Assembly (NCBI RefSeq): GCF_006345805.1
Contig: NC_042999.1
Span: 151,032,001 to 151,065,000, forward strand
Source: Octopus sinensis
Lineage: Eukaryota
Direction: 5' to 3'
DNA length: 33,000 bases
Positions 21,900-32,945 of this stretch are shown here, piece by piece. The position numbers and the translations under genes are program-made. The notes under the pieces are model-generated. The model saw only the letters and a program-made list of their open reading frames with translations, made no database searches and was not told the DNA's origin. Position 1 is the stretch's first letter. Every line of letters starts with the position of its first letter.

Positions 21900-23822
21900 A
21901 ACAATGCTCAGAAACAGGCTAGAATTAAAGTGTTCCAATCGAGCTTATTTCCAATTTATGATTTCGATGGCGGCAATACCAGCGGAAAACCAAAGGAACA
22001 TGACCTATTATCCAATAGAATATTCAATATATATGTCTACTTTCAATGGACATTAATCAATCAATATAAAGTTCCAGATAATACAGCACTAAAACACACA
22101 AGTATATGAACATATAAATATTTAATATTTAAAAATACGCAAATATTTAAAAAATATCTTTAAAAATATTTAAAAAATACGTTGGCATTATTAATATATA
22201 AATACATAAATAGATATACAAATAGATATAAAAAATATGTATAAGACGTCGATATGATATAAGATAAAACTCGTAGGTATTTAAAAATATTCAAAAACGC
22301 TCATATATACATACACAAGCAAAATATAAAACATCAACATAATATAAGACTTATTGAATAAATAATTCACACGATAAGATACAAGGTAGTAAAGATTCAC
22401 AAGTTACTACACAGAGTTCGGTGGAAAATTTGAAATTATACGACATTAATATGACATACTAATACACAAAGATAATGTTCCATCGACGGACCGTTTCGGA
22501 AACGTGTCCGATAATATGATATAAATTTCATGTTTTAATGAGACAGTCACTCCCCTTATCAGGATGCTTTACTACAAGACACAATGATATCAACATATAA
22601 AAGGACAACTTACTTCGTAAATTTCTATCCAATTTCAAAAAGTCTTATTGATAATTCATTCATCCCCTTCATAGAACAGTTATTTTAACTCACTAGCAGA
22701 TCTGGTATATTAAATTAAAGGCTTGTGTTAAGCTCAGTTCGGACCATTCTATTATAGTATTTATTATTTATTATTTATTTTCAATTCCATTCCAATGTTT
22801 ATCTGAAGTTAGCTATCCTAGTTCAAATCATACCAATTTACTCCTTACCGACATAAAATACTATCTACTAATATTTACTTCATTATTTTCAATTACATTT
22901 TAAATTTTCAGTTACAGATTTTAGATTTTAGATTTAAAAATTTAAATTATCATCATTATCCTTACTTCGAATTAATATTACGAATTTTTATTATTAGTAC
23001 TCTTATTCTTATCCTTATATTTATTTTTGCTTTTAAATTTCTTTAAAAACGTCGAGTGTATCTTATGTGTGCAAGCCGGAATTGCATCAGTAAATTTATT
23101 TAGCATAGCATGATTGTAATTCTTCAAAATAAAATATGCCCCCCCACCCACCTAATGCATAATCAACATCTAGTGGATCCGATTCCAAAGGGAGGGGCAT
23201 GAGCCAGAATGGACCAAGACAATTTGAATTCTATACTCTTTTCCCTAAGGTCGTTTATAAATGATGCTAATGCGGTGGATGTCCTATATTTTGGATTTTT
23301 AAAAGAACTAAGGTGGCTCCTATACCTTTCCTTGAAGTCTATCGTGCTCCCGATATAGGTTCTTCTTTGGCCATTATGGATTTGTACGTTACATTTATAT
23401 ATTACATTATTCTGGCAACAATTTCCGCCAACCGGACATTTTGAAGGGTCCCGACAATTACACTTTACTTCCCATTTATTGGGTTTATTGCTAGCATTAC
23501 TTAACATACCACTTTCTCCTGTCTACCCACCCCATTTTCAGGATCGAACGCATTCATTTTACTTTCATCCAAACCTTCTTTTGGATTATTTGTTTTATTG
23601 ATATTATTATTTTTACTATTATCATCATTACCGTCGTTATTACTATTATCATTACTCATATCAACGTTTGCATTTCTTTTACACCTTTCATATTCCTTTT
23701 CACAGGGTTCCTTAATCGCATTACTCGAATCGATAGTGCCATTAATGAGTCTCACATTATTGGATTTAATATTCTTATCAATATTATTGTTATTTACACC
23801 GTTATTAGGACTACTATTACCA

Positions 23823-23862
<40 letters not shown>

Positions 23863-23950
23863 TTCCATCATTATGGTATCTTATTTTTTTCCTATTGATT
23901 GAAGCGGTGATAGACCCCCAGATTGGGAGTAACCGAATAGGCTATCTTTA
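21900..23950 (-). mobile_element. PLE-derived element without RT; outer boundaries uncertain
   Basis: GIY-YIG core preceded by an Asn/Asp-rich low-complexity frame (23501-23755) and (AAT)n, followed by a long AT-rich tail; no RT motifs seen. Confidence 0.5.
22980..23507 (-). pseudogene. Penelope-like element GIY-YIG endonuclease region (Neptune-type CNC/CP layout), disrupted
   Basis: CNCRDPSKCPVGGNCCQNNVIYKC...TYIGSTIDFKERYRSHLSSFKNPKYRTSTALAS...WSILAHAPPF...RC*LC, then frameshifted ILKNYNHAMLNKFTDAIPACTHK. Confidence 0.9.
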
Positions 23951-24036
23951 TTGATGATTTGTTACAAATAGTGTAGTATTTGTGATGATTAGGGAAATTT
24001 TCCTTCAACAATTTGAAAAATAAGATAGCCTATTCG

Positions 24037-24039
<3 letters not shown>

Positions 24040-24076
<37 letters not shown>

Positions 24077-24127
24077 AATACATTTATATTTATATGCATA
24101 TATATGTATGTAGGTGAGTGTATATAC

Positions 24128-24178
<51 letters not shown>

Positions 24179-24323
24179 CATACATATATAAATATATATA
24201 TACATACATACATATATAAATATATATATACATACATATATAAATATATATATACATACATATATAAATATATATATACATACATATATAAATATATATA
24301 TACATACATATATAAATATATAT

Positions 24324-24354
<31 letters not shown>

Positions 24355-24360
24355 CATGCG
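24040..24360. repeat. (TA)n microsatellite with ~6 copies of a 24-bp unit TACATACATATATAAATATATATA
   Basis: Direct reading; YMYVYIYL repeat in the ORF track. Confidence 0.93.
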
Positions 24361-24378
24361 CGCGTGTGAGAGAGAGTC

Positions 24379-24510
24379 TTTGCGTTTGTCCCCCAACCAT
24401 GCTTGATCACTGGTGGTAGCATGTTTATATTCCTGTAACCTAGCGGTTCGGCAAAAGAGACCTACCAGGCATAAAAAAAGAATAAAAAAGAAGTACCGAA
24501 ACAAGTAAAA
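24379..24510 (+). mobile_element. SINE family B 3' fragment with internal deletion
   Basis: TTTGTCCCCCAACCATGCTTGA...CCTAGCGGTTCGGCAAAAGAGACC...GAAACAAGTAAAA. Confidence 0.7.
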
Positions 24511-24689
24511 GGTCAAAGGTTATAATTTTTACCTATTCCAGTATTTATTCTGGTTCTCTCCTTAATTGTAGACGGTACCTTTTCACTAATGTCACACTCA
24601 GATGAGAAACGGCCATGCCCATCACCACTGATAGAAAGAAGGGTAGGAAACATAACTCGAATGCTTGTTTTAGAATGGACTCCGTTAAA

Positions 24690-24910
24690 CGAACCAATGA
24701 GTCACGTGACGATGTTAAACCAGAAGTCGACTCTAGGACGGCGGAATTTAAACTCATAAAGTGAAGAGCTGTAGCGAATTTCACAGGGCATTTTGTTCGA
24801 CTTTATAATGAGTCAATTAAGCCGCCATCTTTAGCAAACGATATCTAGGATTTCGATCGAGCGCGGTTCTCACTTACTAAAATGGATTCATGTAGCTTAT
24901 ATAAAAGTAC
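24690..24910. promoter_or_regulatory. Candidate promoter / regulatory region
   Basis: CCAAT (24694-24698) overlapping TGAGTCA (24698-24704) and palindromic GTCACGTGAC (24701-24710); second TGAGTCA (24809-24815); YY1-type GCCGCCATCTT (24821-24831); TATATAAAAG (24898-24907); locally CpG-rich and repeat-free. Confidence 0.5.
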
Positions 24911-25510
24911 ATAAATATCAAAAGAGATTTTAGATAATTATCGTAATTGCTTAGAACTGCAGCGGCGGGGGTTGCGTTTCCGTCTGAACTTGTGGTGTCT
25001 CCCTGCTGACAACGTCTGCGTATAATGACTAAATTTATTACTGTTATAATTAAGAAGCCTTCAACAAACATAATTAAAAAGGATTAATTACAACAGGGAA
25101 ATAAAATAAGATATAAATGAAAGAAGGAAAGTAAATTCTTGTGTAGGGTTGGCAAGGTAACGTCAATTGATTTTAATAACTTCAATAGGAAATCAATAGA
25201 ATTTTGTCATTTGAGAACTGAAGTTGCTAACAGCTGCGCTATAATAAAAGCCATAGCAAATTGACAGAAGGTGGTGGATACCCAGGGACGCTAGCGGCAT
25301 GAAAAGGAAACAGCTAAGTAGATACTAACATAAATTATTGAGCAAAGAAATTTTGTCTAATAAAATTTTACTCGTAATGAGGAGGAAATTGATTAATTCA
25401 TAATCTAAATCAGTGGTTCTCAAACATTTATTATCCATGAGCCCCTTCAATTCTTATTTTATTTTACTGGACCCTTTTAATCACTCAATGTTTAAAAAGG
25501 TCCTATAATA

Positions 25511-25677
25511 GGCGCAGGAGTGGCTGTATGGTAAGTAGCTTGCTTACCAACCATATGGTTCCAGCTTCAGTCCCACTGCGTGGCACCTTGGGCAAGTGTC
25601 TTCTACTATAGCCTTGGGCCAACCAAAACCTTGTGAGTGGATTTGGTAGACGGAAACTGAAAGAAGACCGTCGTATA

Positions 25678-25750
<73 letters not shown>

Positions 25751-25972
25751 GTGTTTGTGCGTGTGTGTTTGTCCATCCACCATTGCTTGACAAACGATGT
25801 TGGTGTGTTTACGTCCCTGTAACTTAGCGGTTCGGCAAAATGGACGGATAGAATAAGTACTAGGCTTACAAAGAATAAGTTCTGGGGTCGATTTGTTCGA
25901 CTAAAGGCGGTGCTCCAGCATGGCCGCAGTCAAATAACTGAAACAAATAAAGGAATAAAAGAATAAAAGAAT
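25511..25972 (+). mobile_element. Full-length SINE family B with long internal (TA)n
   Basis: GGCGCAGGAGTGGCTGTATGGTAAG head through a (GAATAAAA)n-like tail. Confidence 0.92.
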
Positions 25973-26031
25973 ACTTTTAGAATTAAATATTACTTGGAAT
26001 TGTATTAAGAATTGCAAAATTATTTTATGCA

Positions 26032-26440
26032 GGCGTAGGAGTGGCCGTGTGTTAAGTAGCTTGCTTACGAACTACATGGTTCCGGGTTCAGTCCCACTGC
26101 GTGGCATCTTGAGCAAGTGTCTTCTACTACAGCCTCAGGCCAACCAAAGCCTTGTGAGTGGATTTGGTAGACGGAAACTGAAAGAACCCCTTCGTATGTA
26201 TGTATATATGTATGTGTGTATATGTTTGTGTGTCTGTGTTTGTCCCCCTAACATCGCTTGACAATCGATGCTGGTGTGTTTACGTCCCCGTAACTTAGCG
26301 GTTCGGCAAAGAGACCGATAAAATAAGTACTAGGCTTACAAAGAATAAGTCCTGGGATCGATTTACTCGACTAAAGGCGGTGCTCCAGCATGGCCACAGT
26401 CAATTGACTGAAACTAGTAAAAGTGTAAAGAGTGTAAAGA
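26032..26440 (+). mobile_element. Full-length SINE family B with short internal microsatellite
   Basis: GGCGTAGGAGTGGCCGTGTGTTAAG head through a (GAGTGTAAA)n tail; ~60 bp downstream of the previous copy. Confidence 0.92.
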
Positions 26441-26458
26441 GAATAGAATTATAACCAA

Positions 26459-27094
26459 CTAGCAGTATCGCCCGGCGTTGCTCGGGTTTGTAAGGGAAAT
26501 AACTATATAAGCATTTTTAGAGATGTAAAGTATAAGAGCCATCTCAATATGGCTAACCACAAAGTGGGGTGTTACTGTAGCTTTTTACGTTCTGAGATTT
26601 AATAATACATTTTTAGAGAGTTACTTCCCTTATATAATAGCAAAAAAATGGGAAAAAATGATGGTAAATTTTTTTTTTTAATCGTTGACTCATCGTAGAC
26701 GCGCGCTAATACCCAGTATCGCCCGGCGTTGCTCGGGTTTGTAAGGGAAATAACTATATAAGCATTTTTAGAGATGTAAAGTATAAGAGCCATCTCAATA
26801 TGGCTAACCACAAAGTGGGGTGTTACTGTAGCTTTTTACGTTCTGAGATTTAATAATACATTTTTAGAGAGTTACTTCCCTTATATAATAGCAAAAAAAT
26901 GGGAAAAAATGATGGTAAATTTTTTTTTTTAATCGTTGACTCATCGTAGACGCGCGCTAATACCCAGAAGGGCTCGATATGAATCACGACTATAAGATAC
27001 CCGCTTTTGGTTACACTGCATCGCAAAATGTGGGAGTAGTTAGGAATCTAAATCGTAGGAGACGGACACACAACTTCACTTTTATATATAAAGA
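26459..27094 (-). mobile_element. Non-autonomous Helitron with internal 251-bp tandem duplication
   Basis: rc 5' A|TCTTTATATAT (end at 27094, alternatively 27102); 3' CCCGAGCAACGCCGGGCGATACTGCTAG|T; 26463-26713 repeated at 26714-26964. Confidence 0.9.
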
Positions 27095-28136
27095 TATAAA
27101 GATTTATGGCAAATAACACTGTGTAACAAAATTAAATTTTTTTTTGTCTTTGGCCAGTAAGTGTTACTTCCTTTTTGCTTCTATCTAGATATCAAACTTT
27201 GCTTTTGTGATCTGACATCAATTTCTTGAAACTGACCTATTTTCCATTACATTTCAGATAAATTTAGTGCTGAGTTGCCGAGGCAGAAATATCTTTATAG
27301 CCAATATTCTGCTCAGTATCATAGATTTGCTTGTCAGTTGCTTGACCATAACCAGTTGTGCATATCCCTTAGTGGCTGACATTATATACATATCTGATCA
27401 CGAGCAGGAGTAGTTGGGGAACATCATAGCCATGTAGTTGAGAGGGATTCTTTGGGGTTTGAATAAATGCAACAAAAGCAAAGTTTGAAGGAAATAGCCA
27501 TTTTACATACTTTCTAGGGGAAAGCAAATAGGAAATAACAGTTACTACCAAGGACAGAAATCGTGTTACACAGTGTAAGAAAATCTTATATGGACACCCA
27601 AAGGTCTTTGGATCCCAGTTGAGAGCTGCAAATTAATTCATAATCTTAAGGGTTGGTTCCGGTTGAGAAAGGGAAGGGAGACAACCATGCAGTTTACATT
27701 AATCAAACTTAGAATACAGCAGGGAGTCTCATCTTTGGCAATACAGCGACAATTACACACATATTTCGATATTACGAATGAATTTATTTACATGGACTTG
27801 AATGCTTATCTGTGTGTGTGTGTGTGTGTGTGTGTAATATGTAATATAAAGGGAGGCCATCCCTTCCGGCCTCTCTTTGCAAATACTTCAAGGGCACAGA
27901 AAGTGTGTCTAAAGCCAGCTGGAGACGATGATCTCCTGGGGCTAAAAAGCTACAGTAACACCCCCTTCCTTTGTGGTTAGCCATATTGTGATAGCTTTTA
28001 TACTTTACATTGTCGAGCGATTACTGTTTATATCTCGTTCTGAGATTTAATAATGCTGTATTCCACCTGCCTTCGTCTTTTGTTTATTTCCGTAAACCTG
28101 CCTTCGTCTTTTGTCTATTTTCATAAAGCTTCCCGT

Positions 28137-28167
<31 letters not shown>

Positions 28168-28241
28168 GCAACCGCACGTGAATCGTTGGCGATTATTTTT
28201 TCTTCGTCTTCATTTTCTATTGGACTTTACTCTGTCTTCTA

Positions 28242-28274
28242 TTTCTGAAGAAGAGCTTTGCTCGAAACATAAAA
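28242..28274 (+). ncRNA. Minimal hammerhead ribozyme-like motif at a probable PLE terminus
   Basis: UUU-CUGAAGA-A-GAGC(UUU)GCUC-GAAA-C-AUA-AAA: intact core, perfect 4-bp stem II; AUA where GUA is expected; weak stem I. Confidence 0.55.
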
Positions 28275-28505
28275 CCAACTTTCTTTACTTCCCTGAGCGT
28301 CTGCTCATACTTCACATATATCACGTCCTCGCATTGTTGTTTTTTTGTGTGTGTTTGTTCCTTTTGGGGGGATTCACTATATATATATATAGCATAGAAC
28401 AATCAGTAAGTTGTCTCAACGGTTTTTTCATAGCGTCTATCGTCAAAATAGCTCCGGCATTTGAAACTCTGAGTTCTCTTATGACAACTTACTGATTGTC
28501 CTATG

Positions 28506-28553
<48 letters not shown>

Positions 28554-28560
<7 letters not shown>

Positions 28561-30504
28561 AATAAAATAGAATATATGCATATATATAAACATATATGTA
28601 CGTACCTACCTCTACATGTACATATACACGCATATATGTGTACAGGACACCAAAAAAGACGTCGAACACATAGAGAGACGAAACACATAGACACAAACCA
28701 AGGAACAAGACAAGCAAAAAAAAAAAGTGAGAGATACAGGACAATAAGCACAACGAAAAATCCCCTTCTTCAGTCGCTAAGATTTCATCTACTAAACGTT
28801 TCGAAGGATAAAAGCGAGACGTATACTTCGAAGAAAAATTCCTTCCCGCGAAAAGCAAATCAATTAAAATTCTGAGATCTTTTCGCAGAGGGGTAAAAAA
28901 AGCAAGACGGTAACGACAGTACAAACATATAAACAGTAAAAAATATATATATAAACAGTGGAAAAATAAATATATAACAGTGAGAGACAAGACAAGGAGA
29001 ACAAGATAAGAAGGGCTGTTAACGCCAGACGAAAAAAGTATTGTAAACGCTGGATTATCGTGGAAGACAGAGAGGGAAAATTTGTCAACCAGAAGCCTTA
29101 CAAGGCGGGCGAGAAAGGACAGGATAGCAGTTACGACGGAAGTATCGTCGCAGATGGATGACGGGAATGGGGGAGGAGGAGCAAGAGGAAGAGAGAGAAG
29201 AAGGGGAATGGTGCGAGGAGACCATGAAGAATGGTGAAAGGGAGAGAGAGAATGAAGAATGAGAGAGAGAGGAAGAGACAAGTTAAGTGAGGGAAAAAAA
29301 GACGAAAAAGGGAATGGGAGAGAAAGAAAGAAAGATGCAGAGTCGCGTGAGAGTTAATATCAAGGCTAACTTGATAAACAGAACAATCTTACTTAGTAGG
29401 GTGCGTGCGTTTAGTCGTATAATATGTTAATAAAATAGAATATATGCATATATATAAACATATATGCACGTACCTACCTCTACATGTACATATACACGCA
29501 TATATGTGTACAGGACACCAAAAAAGACGTCGAACACATAGAGAGACGAAACACATAGACACAAACCAAGGAACAAGACAAGCAAAAAAAAAGGGAGAGA
29601 TACAGGACAATAAGCACAACGAAAAATCCCCTTCTTCAGTCGCTAAGATTTCATCTACTAAACGTTTCGAAGGATAAAAGCGAGACGTATACTCGAAGAA
29701 AAATTCCTTCCCGCGAAAAGCAAATCAATTAAAATTCTGAGATCTTTTCGCAGAGAGGTAAAAAAAGCAAGACGGTAACGACAGTACAAACATATAAACA
29801 GTAAAATATATATATATAAACAGTGGAAAAATAAATATATAACAGTGAGAGACAAGACAAGGAGAACAAGATAAGAAGGGCTGTTAACGCCAGACGAAAA
29901 AAGTATTGTAAACGCTGGATTATCGTGGAAGACAGAGAGGGAAAATTTGTCAACCAGAAGCCTTACAAGGCGGGCGAGAAAGGACAGGATAGCAGTTACG
30001 ACGGAAGTATCGTCGCAGATGGATGACGGGAATGGGGGAGGAGGAGCAAGAGGAAGAGAGAGAAGAAGGGGAATGGTGCGAGGAGACCATGAAGAATGGT
30101 GAAAGGGAGAGAGAGAATGAAGAATGAGAGAGAGAGGAAGAGACAAGTTAAGTGAGGGAAAAAAAGACGAAAAAGGGAATGGGAGAGAAAGAAAGAAAGA
30201 TGCAGAGTCGCGTGAGAGTTAATATCAAGGCTAACTTGATAAACAGAACAATCTTACTTAGTAGGGTGCGTGCGTTTAGTCGTATAATATGTTAATAAAA
30301 TAGAATATATGCATATATATAAACATATATGTACGTACCTACCTCTACATGTACATATACACGCATATATGTGTACAGGACACCAAAAAAGACGTCGAAC
30401 ACATAGAGAGACGAAACACATAGACACAAACCAAGGAACAAGACAAGCAAAAAAAAAAGGGAGAGATACAGGACAATAAGCACAACGAAAAATCCCCTTC
30501 TTCA

Positions 30505-30506
<2 letters not shown>
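28554..30506 (-). mobile_element. Tandem array (2.25 copies, period 865-868 bp) of a probable non-autonomous PLE derivative
   Basis: Unit starts (GTTAATAAAATAG) at 28558, 29426 and 30291; only a handful of differences between copies; (TA)n on both sides; each unit has a CTGAAGAAGGGGA hammerhead-like half-core and a degenerate ...QYFFRL/GVNSPSYL segment reminiscent of PLE ORF ends. Confidence 0.75.
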
Positions 30507-30583
<77 letters not shown>

Positions 30584-31017
30584 TACATATATATTTTGTA
30601 TTCGTATATATTTGTCTCTATATGTAAACGTGTGTACACACTCACACACAAACACACAAACATTTATAAACAGCTCCCTCCGATATATATTGTGTGTTTA
30701 ACACAGCACGTCTATGCCTGCGAATGTTGTGTATACATAGAGAGCAAGTTCGGAGGAAGAGAGTGAGAGAGCGTAAGAGACAGAGAATGAGAGAAAGAGC
30801 CTGTGCTTGAAGAGAGTATCGAAAAATTATGGTTGATTAATCAGTCGGACATTATATCTATTCTCTTACTTATGTATATATTTACTTATATATATTCGTT
30901 TATATATAATGTCGTGAATATGTGTGCTTGTAGACACACGTCCCTGTGCGATACACACGTTTGTGGACACACGTTTGTGGACACACGTCCCTGTGTAGAA
31001 CAGAAATATTTATGAAT

Positions 31018-31087
<70 letters not shown>

Positions 31088-31286
31088 TCACACAAAAACA
31101 ATGATTCCAAACAAAGCAATATATAAGCAATAAAGCATTCCTCTCCACCATTTACTCCTCCTCCTCCTCTCCTATTCTCCCTTCTCCTCATTCTTTTATG
31201 GGAACAATTAACAAGAAATTAAGTGTTTACGTTGTCACTACAGAAAACATTTTCATTCATAAGACTGTTAATTGGATTCGCCTATA

Positions 31287-31845
<559 letters not shown>

Positions 31846-32189
31846 AACGAATGACTTCCAAGATTGCAAGCCAGGATTCGAAGCCGAATCATCATTTTTC
31901 TACCAGTTCCTTTTCTATTGCCCTCGGCTTTTGCACTTACAAATTTATGAGAGTCAAATGTCACATTTCGTTAAGTTCTATTGTTTAAGTTGCCGTTCTT
32001 GGATTAAATAGGGTTCAGTTTCACTGCATCGCAAGTACATCGGAAGTACTGGTTTTTGGATATATGCTATTCGATGGCGCTTGGTCGAGTACGTTTGTTA
32101 ATTATCAGTGCTCTCAAATTTATAACTTGAAATACTGCACCGAGGAAGGAAATAAGGGAGTAGAAATATGATTTTACATCCGTTTGCAT

Positions 32190-32620
32190 CTCTTTAACCC
32201 CGAAACGCGTATGTAGTTAATTAAAGCCGGGTGAATTCGTTATTTTTTCTCTTTACCTGCGTGAGTTGTAGAGTATTGGATGGCCCCAGGGCAAAGTCTA
32301 TCCAAACACAAACAGGTGTTGTAGTGGATGACCGGTAGAGCGGAAATGGCGCGATCCTGGGGTATCGTTGTGGAGTCTAATGTCTCGGTGGTGCTCCGCG
32401 AACCAGTCAGTCAAGCGGCGTCCCGTTTGACCGATGTACAGAGAAGCACAGAAAGAGATGCTAGAAGTGCATGTATAGGAGTCAGTGATATGATAGGGAC
32501 GATGATGGGTACCTGTGAGGATGGTGGTGTTGGAGAGGTAGGGGCAAGTGCGGTAGCGTGGGCGGAGTATATATATATATAACGTAAAGGGATAGGGACA
32601 TGGAATGCGGGGCAGGTACC
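32190..32620 (-). pseudogene. Penelope-like element GIY-YIG endonuclease fragment (second lineage)
   Basis: RTCPYLSNTTILTG..YHITDSYTCTSS..CASLYIGQTGRRLTDWFAEHHRDIRLHNDTPGSRHFRSTGH; typical CxxC...FTC...YIGQTGRRL.DRF.EH layout, with an internal deletion and a stop. Confidence 0.88.
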
Positions 32621-32945
32621 TTATTAGAAAGCTGATATAGTCCATATCTGGAACATATAAAATTATTTAGGATCAACAATTATATGGTACTTCACTCGGC
32701 AGGTAAGTCCTGAGTTAGCCTCATAAGATTTTATAAAGCATATCGACTATATATTCAAGACATTATAAAGGAGAATGGAGGATTGTAATCTTCAAAACTT
32801 GTTCATTAAATTCACATTAGATTACTAATGCGATTGATGTCATATTCAGTGAAATGATACACTTTTATAAGCTAATGAATGACATGAAAATCATTTTCAC
32901 TATAAATCAATAAATAAAGAGTTATTAGCAATAATAAGCAATAAT

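Noticed and set aside
27150-27600. Segment that looks like an interspersed repeat I recall from octopus DNA
   Set aside because: Single copy in the window with no diagnostic ends or motifs; cannot be supported from the sequence
28559-29281. 240-aa hydrophobic minus-strand ORF, partly repeated at 29658-30146
   Set aside because: Derived from pyrimidine-rich low-complexity array sequence; the frame is not preserved between copies
32195-32212. CCCCGAAACGCGTA hammerhead 3' half
   Set aside because: No CUGANGA partner upstream on that strand
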